The notes under the pieces were generated by a model that worked only from the letters and a program-made list of their open reading frames with translations, was not told the DNA's origin and made no database searches. A stretch of DNA of 63,524 nucleotides, filler included, from Hyphochytrium catenoides (lineage: Eukaryota > Protista > Hyphochytriomycota), in assembly GCA_900088475.1 (NCBI GenBank). It is 9 parts of 9 records of this genome, joined end to end, with 100 filler letters (N's around TTAATTAATTAA, not from the genome) between each part and the next. Parts side by side here need not be neighbours in the genome. Positions count along the whole stretch, not along the records: positions 37,278 to 40,131 come from FLMG01001381.1; positions 40,232 to 43,659 come from FLMG01003473.1; positions 43,760 to 44,954 come from FLMG01004681.1; positions 45,055 to 47,116 come from FLMG01002804.1; positions 47,217 to 58,729 come from FLMG01000010.1; 4 more parts are not named here. One strand, written 5' to 3'. Below, one piece after another: positions 38,351 through 50,396 of this stretch. Position 1 is the stretch's first letter; the number at the start of each line of letters is the position of its first letter. A program made the translations under genes and the position numbers.

Positions 38351-38705
38351 GGAGAGAGAGAGAGAGAGAGAAAGAGGGAGAGAGAGAGAAAAAGAGAGAA
38401 AGAGAGAGAGAGAGAAAAGAGAGGGGAAGAGAGAAGCGAGCGAGAGAGAGAGAGAGAGAGGAAGAGAACAAAAAGGAAAACGAAAGCCCCACGCCAGACA
38501 TCGAAAAACTAAAGACAGCAACGACTTTCCCTCTGCCCACATATCCTCACAGGACATAAAAAGGTTACTGTGTCCAAGAAAGACTGAAGAAGAGAGCGGA
38601 AGAGAAAGAAGAGGACAGGGGAAAAGGACGGAAATCAAAAAGAGAGAGAGGGGGAGACGAGAGAGATAGAGCGTGTGAGATAGAGTAAGGGAGAGAGAGA
38701 GAGGC

Positions 38706-38738
<33 letters not shown>

Positions 38739-39045
38739 NNNNNNNNNNNNNNNNNNNNNNNNNNNNNNNNNNNNNNNNNNNNNNNNNNNNNNNNNNNNNN
38801 NNNNNNNNNNNNNNTATCCTGCATTCCTCTCTCTTTCTCTTGCTCGTCTCATAGAGTCTCCTTCCTTCTTCGTAGAGTTTCTTCTCCAGGGGAGAACGCG
38901 GGTGGAGAGGCGGGACAGGGACTGGCGTCTCTCCCTCTCCTTTCACTCTGTAAGCGACATACCATAGGTTTGCTCTGTTGGTGACGCGCTTTGTCCCCGT
39001 CATGACATCCTCTACAAAGGAAAGAGAAGAGAAGAGGAAGAAGGA

Positions 39046-39081
<36 letters not shown>

Positions 39082-39637
39082 NNNNNNNNNNNNNNNNNNN
39101 NNNNNNGTAAAAGAGAGACGCATAGAGGTAGAGAGGGAGAGACAAGGGGAGAGGGAGAGCGAGAGATACAGAAGAAGAAGAAGACACGAAAAGAGAAAGA
39201 AGTCGTCAGAAGAAGGGAGGAGGAAGAGACGGGAGAGCTAAGGAGCGATCAAATGAGGGAGAGAACCGAGAGAAAAAGAGAGCGAGAGACATAACGGGAG
39301 ACAGAAGCTAGAGAAAGAGAGAGAAAGTACGAGAAAAAGAGAGAGTAATAAGGGAACAGAGAAAGAAGCAAAATTGGTGAAGCTATATGCAGGACATTTC
39401 GGCAGATTTCTCTCTCTCTCTTTCCAATCCATAAAATTCCTATCTCTTTCTCTCCCTGGCACAATCTTCAGGTTTAACCATTCTCTTTCTCTCTTATTTC
39501 CCTCACTCTCTTTCTTTTCTCTCTCCCTCACCTGCCCAGACAGTGACGGTGACGCTCATGCTTCTCCTGGAGGCGAAGGTCACTCTCGCCTGAAGTTTGG
39601 CCACATCTCCAATATGCATCGGGAAGAGAAAGTCGAC
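37278..39637 (-). CDS. Double-hotdog cytosolic acyl-CoA thioesterase (ACOT7-like), partial at both ends
   Basis: Exons read VDFLFPMHIGDVAKLQARVTFASRRSMSVTVTVWA, EDVMTGTKRVTNRANLWYVAY...VPPL...EEGRRLYE, LILPSDCNITGLVQ, GGHIMKLMDNAA and GIVAWRHCHTNVVT. These match both hotdog folds of the ACOT7 family. Confidence 0.88.
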
Positions 39638-40055
39638 CTAGGAAATCAAGGAACAAATTAGAGAGCGAAAGAGAGAGAGAGAGAGAGAGAGAGAGGGAAA
39701 CGGATAACGAGGGAAAGAGAGGTAGAGGGAGACGAACACAGGGACTTACCGCGGGCAAGAGAGAGAGAGAGAGAAGAGTGAGAGAGAAAGAGAGAGAGAG
39801 AGAGAGAAATAGAGAGAGGGAGAGAAATAGAGAGAGAGAGAGAAATAGAGAAGAGAGAGAAAGAGGGAAGAGTAGGTTCCAAGGCAAGGGAGAGAGAAAG
39901 AGATTCGGTACGAAGGAGAAGAGAGACAGACGGTAGAAAGAAGAAAAAGAGACCAGAGAGAGAGAGGGTTCAACTCTAAGATAAGAGAGATGGAGACAAG
40001 GAGATAGAACGGAGAGAGGTGAGAAAAGAAATGGACAGAAAAAGAGGAGAGAGAG

Positions 40056-40115
40056 AGACACACTAGAGAGAGACACACTAGAGAGGGACACTCTAGAGAG
40101 GGACACACTAGAGAG
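40056..40115. repeat. 16-nt minisatellite, about four copies
   Basis: The unit GACAC(A/T)CTAGAGAG(A/G) repeats up to the contig end. Confidence 0.8.
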
Positions 40116-40231
40116 AGAGAGAGAGAGAGAGNNNNNNNNNNNNNNNNNNNNNNNNNNNNNNNNNNNNNNNNNNNNTTAATTAATTAANNNNNNNNNNNNN
40201 NNNNNNNNNNNNNNNNNNNNNNNNNNNNNNN

Positions 40232-40816
40232 GAGAAGAAGCTCCTTCTCGTCGTCAACGTAGCTAGCAAATGCGGCCTTACTCCTCAGTATGAGGGACTT
40301 GAGAAGCTCTACAAGGGTTACAAGGACAAGGGACTGTCCATCATCGGCTTCCCATGCAACCAGTTTCTCTTCCAAGAGCCAGGAAGCAGTGAGGAGGCAG
40401 CAGCAGCCTGCAAGCTTAACTATGGCGTCAGCTTCCAGATCATGGAGAAGGTGAGTTCGCTATGTTATCTTGTTAACTCTCAAGAAAGACAGGGAAAAAA
40501 AGTGAGAGAGAAGGGCCTGAAGCTAGTGAAAGATAGATCCCTAGTGTACCGCGTATGTAAACTGACGGCTCCCCGTGTTTCGTCTTCTCTTCCTCAGATC
40601 AATGTGAACTCTACCATGTTCGGCTTCGGCAGCCAGGAGCACGAGGTGTATCGTTACCTGAAGAACCAGGTGCCAGGCACCGTCACGTGGAACTTTCAGA
40701 AGTATGCCGTAGATGGCAATGGCAAGGTCTTGAAGAAGTGGGGCCCTAAGACAACCCCTGACGAGATGGAGGCGGAGATCAAGGCCTACCTTGAGTCTGG
40801 TGCCGAGCTGAAGTAG
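40232..40816 (+). CDS. GPX: Cys-type glutathione peroxidase family protein, 5'-partial, intron 40451-40597
   Basis: Motifs LVVNVASKCGLTPQY, GFPCNQFLFQEPG, CKLNYGVSF and VTWNFQKY are present. The peroxidatic codon is TGC. Confidence 0.93.
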   Translation, partial: EKKLLLVVNVASKCGLTPQYEGLEKLYKGYKDKGLSIIGFPCNQFLFQEPGSSEEAAAACKLNYGVSFQIMEKVSSLCYLVNSQERQGKKVREKGLKLVKDRSLVYRVCKLTAPRVSSSLPQINVNSTMFGFGSQEHEVYRYLKNQVPGTVTWNFQKYAVDGNGKVLKKWGPKTTPDEMEAEIKAYLESGAELK

Positions 40817-42478
40817 AGACGGAGCACTGCTCCTATTTATTTGAAGACTCTCTCTCTTGTTTTACTTTCTCAAGAGAGAGGAGAGGCGCAGGAGACGCAA
40901 AGCACCTATGTGCAGGGTTATGGATCTTAGAATGTCCTCTTGGTAGCTATCTAAGTGCTTGAAGATCCATCATCTATGTCAATCGGTGTGACGTCTTTAG
41001 CAGCTGGCCTCACTATATTGCACCTTTTTTATAATCCTAGAAAAATAAACGATTCTTCTCAAGCATATCGTCGTCCGCGTCATTTGTCCTCTCCGACTAG
41101 CTAGTAAGTCGGTGGATGTCTCCCCTCGGGTCATTCCACGAATAAGCATTAACTTTCGACAGTCAGGATTTCCTTGTGAGAAGGAGGAGATCGTAAGTGG
41201 TTTATTAAGAAGAGCTTCTACCACTGTGTTACGTGGACAGCGATCGTCGTCAAAGCTGTTCAACCCAGTAGAAATGACAAGCATCGTTCCCTTTTCTTTC
41301 CTTGCTTGCGAAGACCTCTCATCCACGCTCTAAGGATTGCCGCCATCAGACTATCTCACATGTCCATGGTGATGAGCTTTAATGAAACTTCATCAAGCTC
41401 ACGCTCAGATGTCTCTACGTTTCCGCTCTGCTTGCTAGAAAGAGTCTTCCTTACTATCTGAGACCTTTCCCCATCTATCAAGAAGGACCGTAAGACTTCT
41501 TCATCCCCCAGTTATTGCTCCATCCGATAAACAAAGATAATGATAATAGCTGGTAGCTGACAGCCAAGAATCAGATGCCTATCTTCTCTATTTTGCCTCT
41601 CGCTTAACTGCCCAGGCATAGCAACAATCTACTACTCAGCGGGTTTATCCTCCCTTTAGACCGACAACATGAGTCACGGAGACCGCCCACCACTACTGAC
41701 GATCCAGAGAAGGTAGGTATGCGGGGACGGATGATTGAGTGGTACAATGCTCGTTCTTGTCAATAGTAGCTCACGCTCTACTACTGTACGTACAACCTTG
41801 CTGCTCTCACTGACCCAGACATTAGCCCGCCTTATAAAATTGTTCTGGTTGAAGAGAGATGTGAGGAGGATGATCTCATAAAAGTCTTCCTTGTTACCGC
41901 TAGAGAGCGGGAAAGAGGTATTATTCTTATAAGAATGGGACGAGGCCAAGATTGATCGGTACAGCAGACGACAGAGACTCCACCTATCCCATCCAGTATT
42001 ATGATCATCATCATCATCATCATCTTGATACGAAAGAGGTCGTCACGGTAGCGCTCATCAGTCGAGAAGCAGAGCACCAGTCAGCAACAGCGAGTGTGGG
42101 CCTCCTCCTAAAGTAACGTGATGATTCTAACTCTGTAGAAAGTCATCCTCCTCCTCCATCACAGTTCAAGTTATTCGGCTTCAGATCCGTTCTCCTTTCC
42201 CTGCGTATACTCGATCTGCTGCTGCGGGTGTAAGTTGTCTGAAGCTAATGGTGACGCTTGCGGCTTTCAAGGACCTGGGCTATACGGGCATAACAAAGGT
42301 ATCTATCCATATCCTGCCGCAAGCGCGCCTGGATGATGCAAAGCCCTTCAACAACAGATAGAACTTGAGCTTCCATTGTTACGTTTTGAGCTACTGAAAA
42401 GAAGGCAGAAATAGCCCGTCCTGGTTATACATTGTCGTCCTCGTCCTGCAGGGATACCAAGAAGTACCTCGAGGATGA

Positions 42479-43564
42479 TCAGTCCTCCTTCAGCTGGGTG
42501 GCAGACATGGCTTTTCTGACATCTTCTTGTGCATCATGAGACAGGTAAGTCCTCTGGCAATGACGACCTCCAGAGTGAGGACGAGGAAGGAGGTTGACCA
42601 GAAACGCAAGCGCAATAACTCCTACGATAAGGTGCACCTTGGTAAAGATTGCATCCAACATGGCCTCCCGTCCTTCCTTTTCAGTTTGGGAGGCAGGTAG
42701 GGTACTCAGAGAAGTAGGTAGATCAAGAACCGTCGTGAGCGCGGTGCTGACACAAGTGATCGTAGAGACCACCACGGTATCCGCAAGGCCAAACCAGAGG
42801 CTAACATCCGATGAGCGTTCCTTGTTGCTGTTAGAACTACCATAGGCCGAGCTTAAGAGAAGCATAAGCCCTAGGGAAGCAGGCTCCATTATCAGATAAC
42901 GTGCTGTGTCAAAGGCAGGAAGAGTTATCATCCCAAGTCGGTAGAAGGCGTGGCAGAGGACCCAGGAGAGAGGAGACGCGGTGAAGATGAATAGGCCGTC
43001 CCGGTACCTCACGGTCTGCCACCGCTCTTTCCGCATCTCCATCACCAGCCAGCTGACAAGAATCACGCAAACAGCGCGGTGAGTTTGGCCCCTGAGGGTC
43101 CCTGCTGCGGGAACGAAGAACATCATGGCGATATTGCCCAGGACGGCAGTGTTCACGTATATCGTGAACTTGCGAATGTGCGTCTTTTGCAGGTGCTCTG
43201 GCAGTAGTCCGAAGGAGACCAGGGAGCCAAGGCCAAGAGGCCACTCGCAGAGAAGTTTCAAGAGCGCACTCCAGGCTTCAAAGGACCAGTTACCGGCGGA
43301 GAAGAACCGCGCACACTCCACGAACGAAGTCACGAGAATGAGCAGGAGAAGAGTTCGGGAAGAATGGCGCCATAAGAGCCAGACTCCCAGTGTGGAGACG
43401 AGGAAGAGCAGGTTAACCAACAGAATCATCTTGCTTCCTCCACCCTCCGCTGCTGATTCAACAGCAGCGGCAGCGACCAGCAGCATGATGTTGGTGCGGT
43501 TAGGGTACTGTCTCCTCCTACCGTTTATCCTCCTCTTCTGGTGTGAATAGGAGGAAGCACTCAA
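42479..43564 (-). CDS. Intronless multi-pass membrane protein of unknown family; true start uncertain
   Basis: A long ORF of normal complexity in otherwise repetitive DNA, with several hydrophobic segments (e.g. ILLVNLLFLVSTLGVWLLW, VHLIVGVIALAFLVNLL). Confidence 0.6.
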   Translation of the reverse strand: MSASSYSHQKRRINGRRRQYPNRTNIMLLVAAAAVESAAEGGGSKMILLVNLLFLVSTLGVWLLWRHSSRTLLLLILVTSFVECARFFSAGNWSFEAWSALLKLLCEWPLGLGSLVSFGLLPEHLQKTHIRKFTIYVNTAVLGNIAMMFFVPAAGTLRGQTHRAVCVILVSWLVMEMRKERWQTVRYRDGLFIFTASPLSWVLCHAFYRLGMITLPAFDTARYLIMEPASLGLMLLLSSAYGSSNSNKERSSDVSLWFGLADTVVVSTITCVSTALTTVLDLPTSLSTLPASQTEKEGREAMLDAIFTKVHLIVGVIALAFLVNLLPRPHSGGRHCQRTYLSHDAQEDVRKAMSATQLKED

Positions 43565-43759
43565 TTAGTAGTACTCCTATAAACAGAGAGAAGATGGGGT
43601 GAGGTCACCGAGAGTTATGCCGAGGTCTAGGAGAAACAAGAGGGTGACGAGCAGGACACNNNNNNNNNNNNNNNNNNNNNNNNNNNNNNNNNNNNNNNNN
43701 NNNTTAATTAATTAANNNNNNNNNNNNNNNNNNNNNNNNNNNNNNNNNNNNNNNNNNNN

Positions 43760-43968
43760 CTTGATGACAAAAGGATGATCGGGGAGAGAGTCCAGAATCT
43801 TTCTCTCATTCTGCAGGTGCTTCACCTCCTTACTCTTTGCCATGTGGTTCTTACTGATCCTCTTCATCGCAAGCACCTAGAGAGGGATTAAGAGCCCATA
43901 CGAAGGGTATGAGATGGCGGGAGAGGGACATTTCAGAAATGAAAGAGTGCCGCCGGAAGAGTGGCGGG

Positions 43969-44004
<36 letters not shown>

Positions 44005-44626
44005 GAGAAAGTGAGAGAGAGAATGTGGGCCAGAAGAGAGAGAGACTCTGAGGCTAGAGGCCATATATAGAGCTGGCAGGGCTCTAGCCATGAACCTCAA
44101 ACGAGTATAAAGAGAGAGAGGTACACCAGAAAATATAAGAAGGATCAGGAAAGATTGTGGCTTACCAAGTCCTGTCCATTGTCTCCTCCTCCTACCACGC
44201 GCACCATGGACACTCTTCCATAAGAGCCAGCACCTAACACCGCCACCTCTTGAATGGAGTTGGAAGAAACCTTCTTTCTCTCTCTCTTCTCTTGCTTCTT
44301 CTTTGCCTTAGAGAAGAGATAAGCATCAGCCAAATTGTCGCAACGATAGAGATGAGGCTCAAAGCAACTACAGAAAGAGAGAAAAGGGAGAAAGGAGAGG
44401 GAAAGATAAAGTGACAAAGAGAGGCAGAGAGAGGTCAAGCCAAAGAGGAAGAGGTTCCAAGACGGCAAGGCCCGACGCTCTCACCAACATATCCTCCTTC
44501 TTGGTGAAGACTTCTCTCCAGATGTCCTGGTGCAGCCTCTGGCACTGGACCTCCGCCGATGATGCGACTGAATGGACGGCGTACTTCGAGAAGTTAAAGA
44601 GCTCGCTGCCTACAAAGTTATTGACC
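43760..44626 (-). CDS. AGC-type (PKA/PKG-like) protein kinase fragment
   Basis: Gly-loop VAVLGAGSYGRVSMVR, followed by the exon VLAMKRISKNHMAKSKEVKHLQNERKILDSLPDHPFVIK (subdomains II-IV). The gene is cut at the linker. Confidence 0.85.
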
Positions 44627-44902
44627 TTGAAAGGTAAATTGGCAGAGAGGCAGAGCAAGTGAACAAGAGTGAAGAGGCCCAGGTCGGAGACAGTGGAGGC
44701 ATGGGAAGGGAGAGTGGAGAGAGGGGAACACGGGCAAAGAGGAGAGAGGTAACGGAGGGAACTAAAATAGAGTGATGCGCTATGAAGCGACGGCAGAGCG
44801 TGAATAGGACTGCAAGGTAGAATATTAGCGACATACTGCATGGAGAGAGTCATGCAGAAGTGATGAGAGAGTGGAGAGAGAGAAGAGACAGAGAGAGGCT
44901 GA

Positions 44903-44945
<43 letters not shown>

Positions 44946-45335
44946 GGATCGCTTNNNNNNNNNNNNNNNNNNNNNNNNNNNNNNNNNNNNNNNNNNNNTT
45001 AATTAATTAANNNNNNNNNNNNNNNNNNNNNNNNNNNNNNNNNNNNNNNNNNNNGCCAAAGTATAAATATCAAGTGACTCCTTCTTATGCGGCCCCTAGT
45101 CATTCTTCTTTCATCAGTATTGCCTCACTTGTACCAATTCGCTGGACCTCTTATTCAATAAGCTGCGGGAGAAACTCCCCGCTTCTGCTATCCGCAGAGG
45201 GCTTTGCTTATGCCGCGATCCGAGGTTGAACGTGGGAGGCAACTAATCCACTACTTACCTATCACCGCATGTGCCTTCACTCTGTGGGGTACCTCCATGC
45301 TTTCTTTGATATGAACTCTTTCTTTGTGCTTTCAG

Positions 45336-45578
45336 ATCTCGGTCCAGGACTGCGATTACTTGGTTGACTTTGAACAACGAGACCAGAAAGAACAGAGCTT
45401 GACCCAAAGCAAGGACTGGGAGGTAGTGAAGCAAGAGTCCTTCCTTAATGCGGGACTCTCTCCCTCTCTTCTCCGCGCTTTCTATGTGCCTAAGTACACG
45501 CCGCAAGCAGTCGTTTATGACAAGTATGTGCTCCTCAAGAGGAGGCAACCACAAAGGAAGACCGGGTGGTTGACGTAG
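45336..45578 (+). CDS. ALG9: Last exon of an ALG9-like alpha-1,2-mannosyltransferase
   Basis: After a ttcag acceptor it reads ISVQDCDYLVDF...DWEVVKQESFLNAGLSPSLLRAFYVPKYTPQAVVYDKYVLLKRR. This matches the ALG9 C-terminal pattern C.YLVD...FL.A..S..LLRAFYVP. Confidence 0.75.
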   Translation: MSVQDCDYLVDFEQRDQKEQSLTQSKDWEVVKQESFLNAGLSPSLLRAFYVPKYTPQAVVYDKYVLLKRRQPQRKTGWLT

Positions 45579-47888
45579 GCGATNNNNNNNNNNNNNNNNN
45601 NNNNNNNNNNNNNNNNNNNNGCTTATGGGCACAGCAAGCGGCTGCTCTTTCAGTCTGTTGTTGGCTCCCGGCTACGAAGTCTGGCACTACGAGGCTTCGA
45701 TTCCGACTCAGGCCAAAGAGCTGCTTGCTCACTTTGTCAATCTGCTTACCTAGAAATCTGTTGATTTGCAGTAGCGACGTCGCCATCCTTTTGCGGTTAA
45801 GACAACAGCTTGTCCTTCAGTGACTTTGTATGAGTTCGTTTTCATTCTTTGTAACTATATAATAAATCCCTCCGCAGACTAGGTTGGTTTAGGGCCTGTG
45901 CCGTATCTTGTCCTTAACAATACCAAACGGAGTTTCCAGCATCGCTGAGTAAGATAGACTTTATTTCGAGAAAGATGAGCACGGGAAGCCAANNNNNNNN
46001 NNNNNNNNNNNNNNNNNNNNNNNNNNNNNNNNNNNNNNNNNNNNNNNNNNNATTTAAACAGAAGGCTGTCTGATGGGCTACACATTTGATGAACCACGTG
46101 TTCACCGCCGTTGGCTACCACATTACTGAAGTTGACGCATGTATGACAGTTGCAAAGGTTGGTGTCTCCAGCAGTGATGCGGGCACTCTTGGTGGACTCT
46201 GACAAACTAGTAGACTCCAGCAGTAAGAGCTCTGGCTGCGCTGATTGATGAAGACAACGAGAAGCTAAGAATGGAACTCAGGCGTCGCTCATTTTCCAAG
46301 AGTCATAGAGCATAGCGTGATATGAAGAAACAGTGATGCCAAAGATATTGTGTCCCTGCTACTGTATTATCCAAGGGAAAGAGCCGTTGTGAAGAAATAG
46401 AAGCGTACGGCCCCTCTTCTAATAATATCTATGACTTATAGCCGTTGGCAGTCCCTCTGTCTCTCTAAACAAATGACAGCACATTGACAGGGCCTTTCCC
46501 GCGCAAAAAATTACAAAATTACGAAATGCAACGAATGAGACGAGACATCACACAACAAACCTCACCACCATAAAGGGTCGATGACTGGCCATCAACTGGT
46601 CATTCATATTCCGTATATGTTACAGTACCTCGTTCATATTTACTATAATAGCCAATGGCAGGGAATACTGGTAAGTGGCCCACCCACCCCCAGGAGTTAG
46701 ATGACCTATGAAGAATTTGAATTCAAACGAATCCAGGTCAAGGACCAATCAGCCAATCAGAATGCAGGAATCGTGGTCTTTCCCCCAATAATCTGCGAAA
46801 TTCTTCATACGACCGCCAGATTGCGAACCCCAGCAGCCAGACAGACGAATGATGATGATTCACAGCCGACCGCCCACCCGCGTACTACGAGAATGGCTAA
46901 TTAAAGCCATGGACTTGTCAAGGAGGATGTGTAGGACCTCTGCTCAGGGGTGAGCTCTCCCAGTCATCGCGTCTCCAAGTCTGAAAGCGTCAAAACTTGT
47001 CTGAAAGTGGATGGTTTTGCGGTGCTTTACATACTGTATGTACTTGAGCAAATACTTGTACTTGGTCCAGTCTCTCTACTTGCACCACATGACAGGGAGT
47101 GCTTCGATCAGCTTTANNNNNNNNNNNNNNNNNNNNNNNNNNNNNNNNNNNNNNNNNNNNTTAATTAATTAANNNNNNNNNNNNNNNNNNNNNNNNNNNN
47201 NNNNNNNNNNNNNNNNCCTCTGGGACATACCACTCTGTGATTGTCCCGCAGCCACCTTTGGAACAATACAGTTGTACAAGTACTATAGTAGTAGTGAGGC
47301 GAGACAAACCCAGTGTTATTATTAGGCAACAAGATCCACCAAGATCCTTCGTCGAAGGACAATCAACGACACTTATTCCTAACGCGGTGCATCCTATTCT
47401 TGAGTTTGGCGCTGGATGAAGGTGTTATTTGGAAAGTATGCTACGGGTTACAGATACAGAATCTGAGCATGTGTAAACTACCAGCGTATAATGCAGCCTC
47501 ATTTGCGGTAAATAACGGGATATAACTTAAGTCTTTCTCTGTCTCTCGCATTCCGAGATGGGACAATTCTGAATTTTACTCCACTTGGTTGAAGATTTTT
47601 ACAGTACGTTTTGTTACACCCATTGGTAGGAATCCCAATTGTGCGGAAAGTATTCAGGGTCAATCTTGATACAGTACCTATGGAAATCAATCGTATGTTT
47701 TGTCGTTTACTGGTTGATACTGGCCTCAATGGCCGCCTGAAATGACTGTTGCGCTGTGAAACAAACGGCAAAAAGGCGTGCAAAAGAGCTTCAATCCCCG
47801 ATAAAATCTGCAGATCAGAAACTTCAGCTTTTGATTTTCCTCTGACCAACTTCAGGGCTATCGTGTCCTTTCTCCTGCTGTTCTCTCT

Positions 47889-47924
<36 letters not shown>

Positions 47925-48186
47925 TCTCCCTCTTGCTCCTGAACTTCAACATCGAAGTTTTGCAGGCTCAGAAGCTTTTGATCAGCCGCCCAGTGCCTGC
48001 TGCCACCATCGGCCGCGGCACGACATGGCTGGTTATTAGGGGCACAACCTCTTAGTCTGTGGCGAGACCTTAGAAAGAGGATCCGTAGCAAGTGCCGTGG
48101 TGTCACTGCTTTCTCCTAGAGAGCAAGAAGTTGACCAGCCCCTTCTAAGAACTCTTAGCATAGAGCCAAGTACTGAGGTCAACAGG

Positions 48187-48717
48187 ATGGGCCGTCCTAA
48201 GAGCTGGGTATGGCAGTTTTTCAATCCTAAACAGGATGACTCCAATCGAGTCAAATGCACTTTCTGTCTTGCCAATATTTCCAGCCAGCCCCTACGTCTC
48301 ATGCGCCACCTCATAAACTGTGAGGCTTCCACGCTGACTGCCAAGAGGAGCGCCAGGCGAGGCCTCGAAGAAAGCAAGAATAAGAAGAGGGGCCTCTCTT
48401 CCGAGGGAGCTGATGAAGATGGAGCAGGAGGACGAAGAGGTAGATTCCGCTCTCTCGATGAAGAAGAAGAAGAGAGAGACAGACGGCCTGGGAAGGTCCG
48501 ACGCTCTCGCTCTTCATTTGCAGAACAGGAGACAGTGCGTAGGCTTTATGCAAGCTGTCTTCTGCAGACCGGAGCTTCCCTCTCTGTCTTTGATACGCCG
48601 CAGTGGGATGAACTCTTCCTTCGGCTTAACCCTTTGTTTGTGAAGCCAACATTAGAAGAGATCAACTCACTCTACGGAGGCGCTCAAGAGGAGAAGGGCG
48701 ATGCGAGCTCGGTGTAG
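48187..48717 (+). CDS. BED zinc-finger protein derived from a hAT transposase N-terminus, 176 aa, no catalytic domain
   Basis: MGRPKSWVWQFF...RVKCTFC.........LMRHLINC is a BED finger. SLSVFDTPQWDELFLRLNPLFVKPT resembles the hAT N-terminal PF..+E...F..L+..LNP.+..P motif. Confidence 0.75.
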   Translation: MGRPKSWVWQFFNPKQDDSNRVKCTFCLANISSQPLRLMRHLINCEASTLTAKRSARRGLEESKNKKRGLSSEGADEDGAGGRRGRFRSLDEEEEERDRRPGKVRRSRSSFAEQETVRRLYASCLLQTGASLSVFDTPQWDELFLRLNPLFVKPTLEEINSLYGGAQEEKGDASSV

Positions 48718-49752
48718 CCAGCCGAGCAGTAGGTCCGCAGACAAGCGGGAAGAAAGAGCGGTTCACAGTTGACGAGAAGATCATGCCAGTCTTCACTCGT
48801 TGTAACTCTGCAGAAGCCGCAGCCCCGAAAGCGCTTCCTCTCTTCTTCCCTCCTCACGGACAGAGTATAGCTCAAGAAAAAGGAGGAGAAGAAAGAAGCT
48901 GCAGGACGTCACTGGAACATGGCTTTAGCTCTTAGTCCCGCTCCTGCTGTTCTCTCCTCTCCTCATCTCCTTAGAGGTGTGAAAAGCTCATTATAAGGTC
49001 AAAAGGGTTCAGGAAGTCTCGAACAGGTTTATCTCATGGCGCTCCTGCCGTTGGTTGATCATTGTCCTTCTTCCTACCGCCTCGTTACCACATTCTTCTC
49101 TATCATCTTCCTCACATTTAAAATTGGCAGTGCTGTGAGAGCTGGTTCTTCCTTATCTTACTTAATGCCGTCTCTTTACTAAGCTGATAAACTGGATGGT
49201 GGCAACAATGTTATAACTTAACTCCGCTGCCTCAAACTTGCTTCAATCCGCAAGTGCCTCTGCCTTCTACTGCGCTCTCTCTCTCTCTCTCTCCCTCTCT
49301 CTTTCTATCTTTCTCTCTTCGTCTCTCTCTTTTTTTCTTTCTTTCTCTCTCTCTCTTTCTTTCTCTCTCTCTCTCTCCTTTTCTCTCTCTTTCTCTCACA
49401 CACGCACGAACACGCATTTTTTGCTTTCCTCCAAAGTTATAGCAGTAGGGCGGGTTCGTTTTTGTCTGCTTCAGCTTTTTATGGATAAAAAGGTGAGAAG
49501 ATGACGAGAAGAAACACGGAGCTGGGCTCTATCTAACGAGGCACTGCTGTCCCTCTGTCTTCTTCTTCCGTCTCCATCTTCCCATCATGCTTTATCATTC
49601 GATGCTGTCGCTCTCATAAAATAGAATCTTTGCTCGGCCCATTCTTTGGTTCTCTCTCTCCTTCTTACACTTCGATCTGGCTCTTCTTCCATAAAAAGGG
49701 CCACCTAACACCCTAATTACCTGCTACGCTATTAGAATATGTCCAGGTGCTA

Positions 49753-49788
<36 letters not shown>

Positions 49789-50192
49789 GCTTTGCTCCTC
49801 GTAGTGGCTGGCACTCCCTCTCTCTCGTTCTCTCTCTCGCTCGCCTCCAGTGACAAACATGATCATTGGTGCTGCTGCGACAGCGTGAAGAAGAAGGAGG
49901 AGATAATAGCACCAGCAATAGCAATCTTTTGTCAAAAGCCCGACGTATAAGATTTCTAGGAAGTAGAAAGAGAGAGACAGTTGATTCAGCAAGAGAGAAA
50001 AAAGGAAGAAAGAGAGAGAGGAGTTGAGTGAGTGAGAAAGCGGGAGAGAGAGGTGTTTGTGGTCTGGGAAGAGAGAGAGAGAGAAAGAGAGAGAAGGAGA
50101 GAGAGCGAGAGCGAGCAAGAGAAGAGAGAGAGGGGGAAAGAGAGATAAAAGGAGAGAAGGGGAGCGAGCGAGCAAGAGAAGAGAGGGAGGGG

Positions 50193-50239
<47 letters not shown>

Positions 50240-50357
50240 NNNNNNNNNNNNNNNNNNNNNNNNNNNNNNNNNNNNNNNNNNNNNNNNNNNNNNNNNNNNN
50301 NNNNNNNNNNNNNNNNNNNNNNNNNNNNNNNNNNNNNNNNNNNGAGAGAGAGAGAGA

Positions 50358-50396
50358 GGTTAGGGTTAGGGTTAGCCCTAACCCTAACCTAACCCC
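50358..50396. repeat. Head-to-head telomeric repeats (TTAGGG)n-(CCCTAA)n
   Basis: The sequence is GGTTAGGGTTAGGG-TTAG-CCCTAACCCTAACC-TAACCCC, a perfect 14-bp inverted stem. Confidence 0.8.

Noticed and set aside
40232-40816. Selenocysteine GPx or stop-codon recoding
   Set aside because: The active-site codon is TGC. TAA, TAG and TGA all end genes normally in this window, so there is no sign of a variant code.
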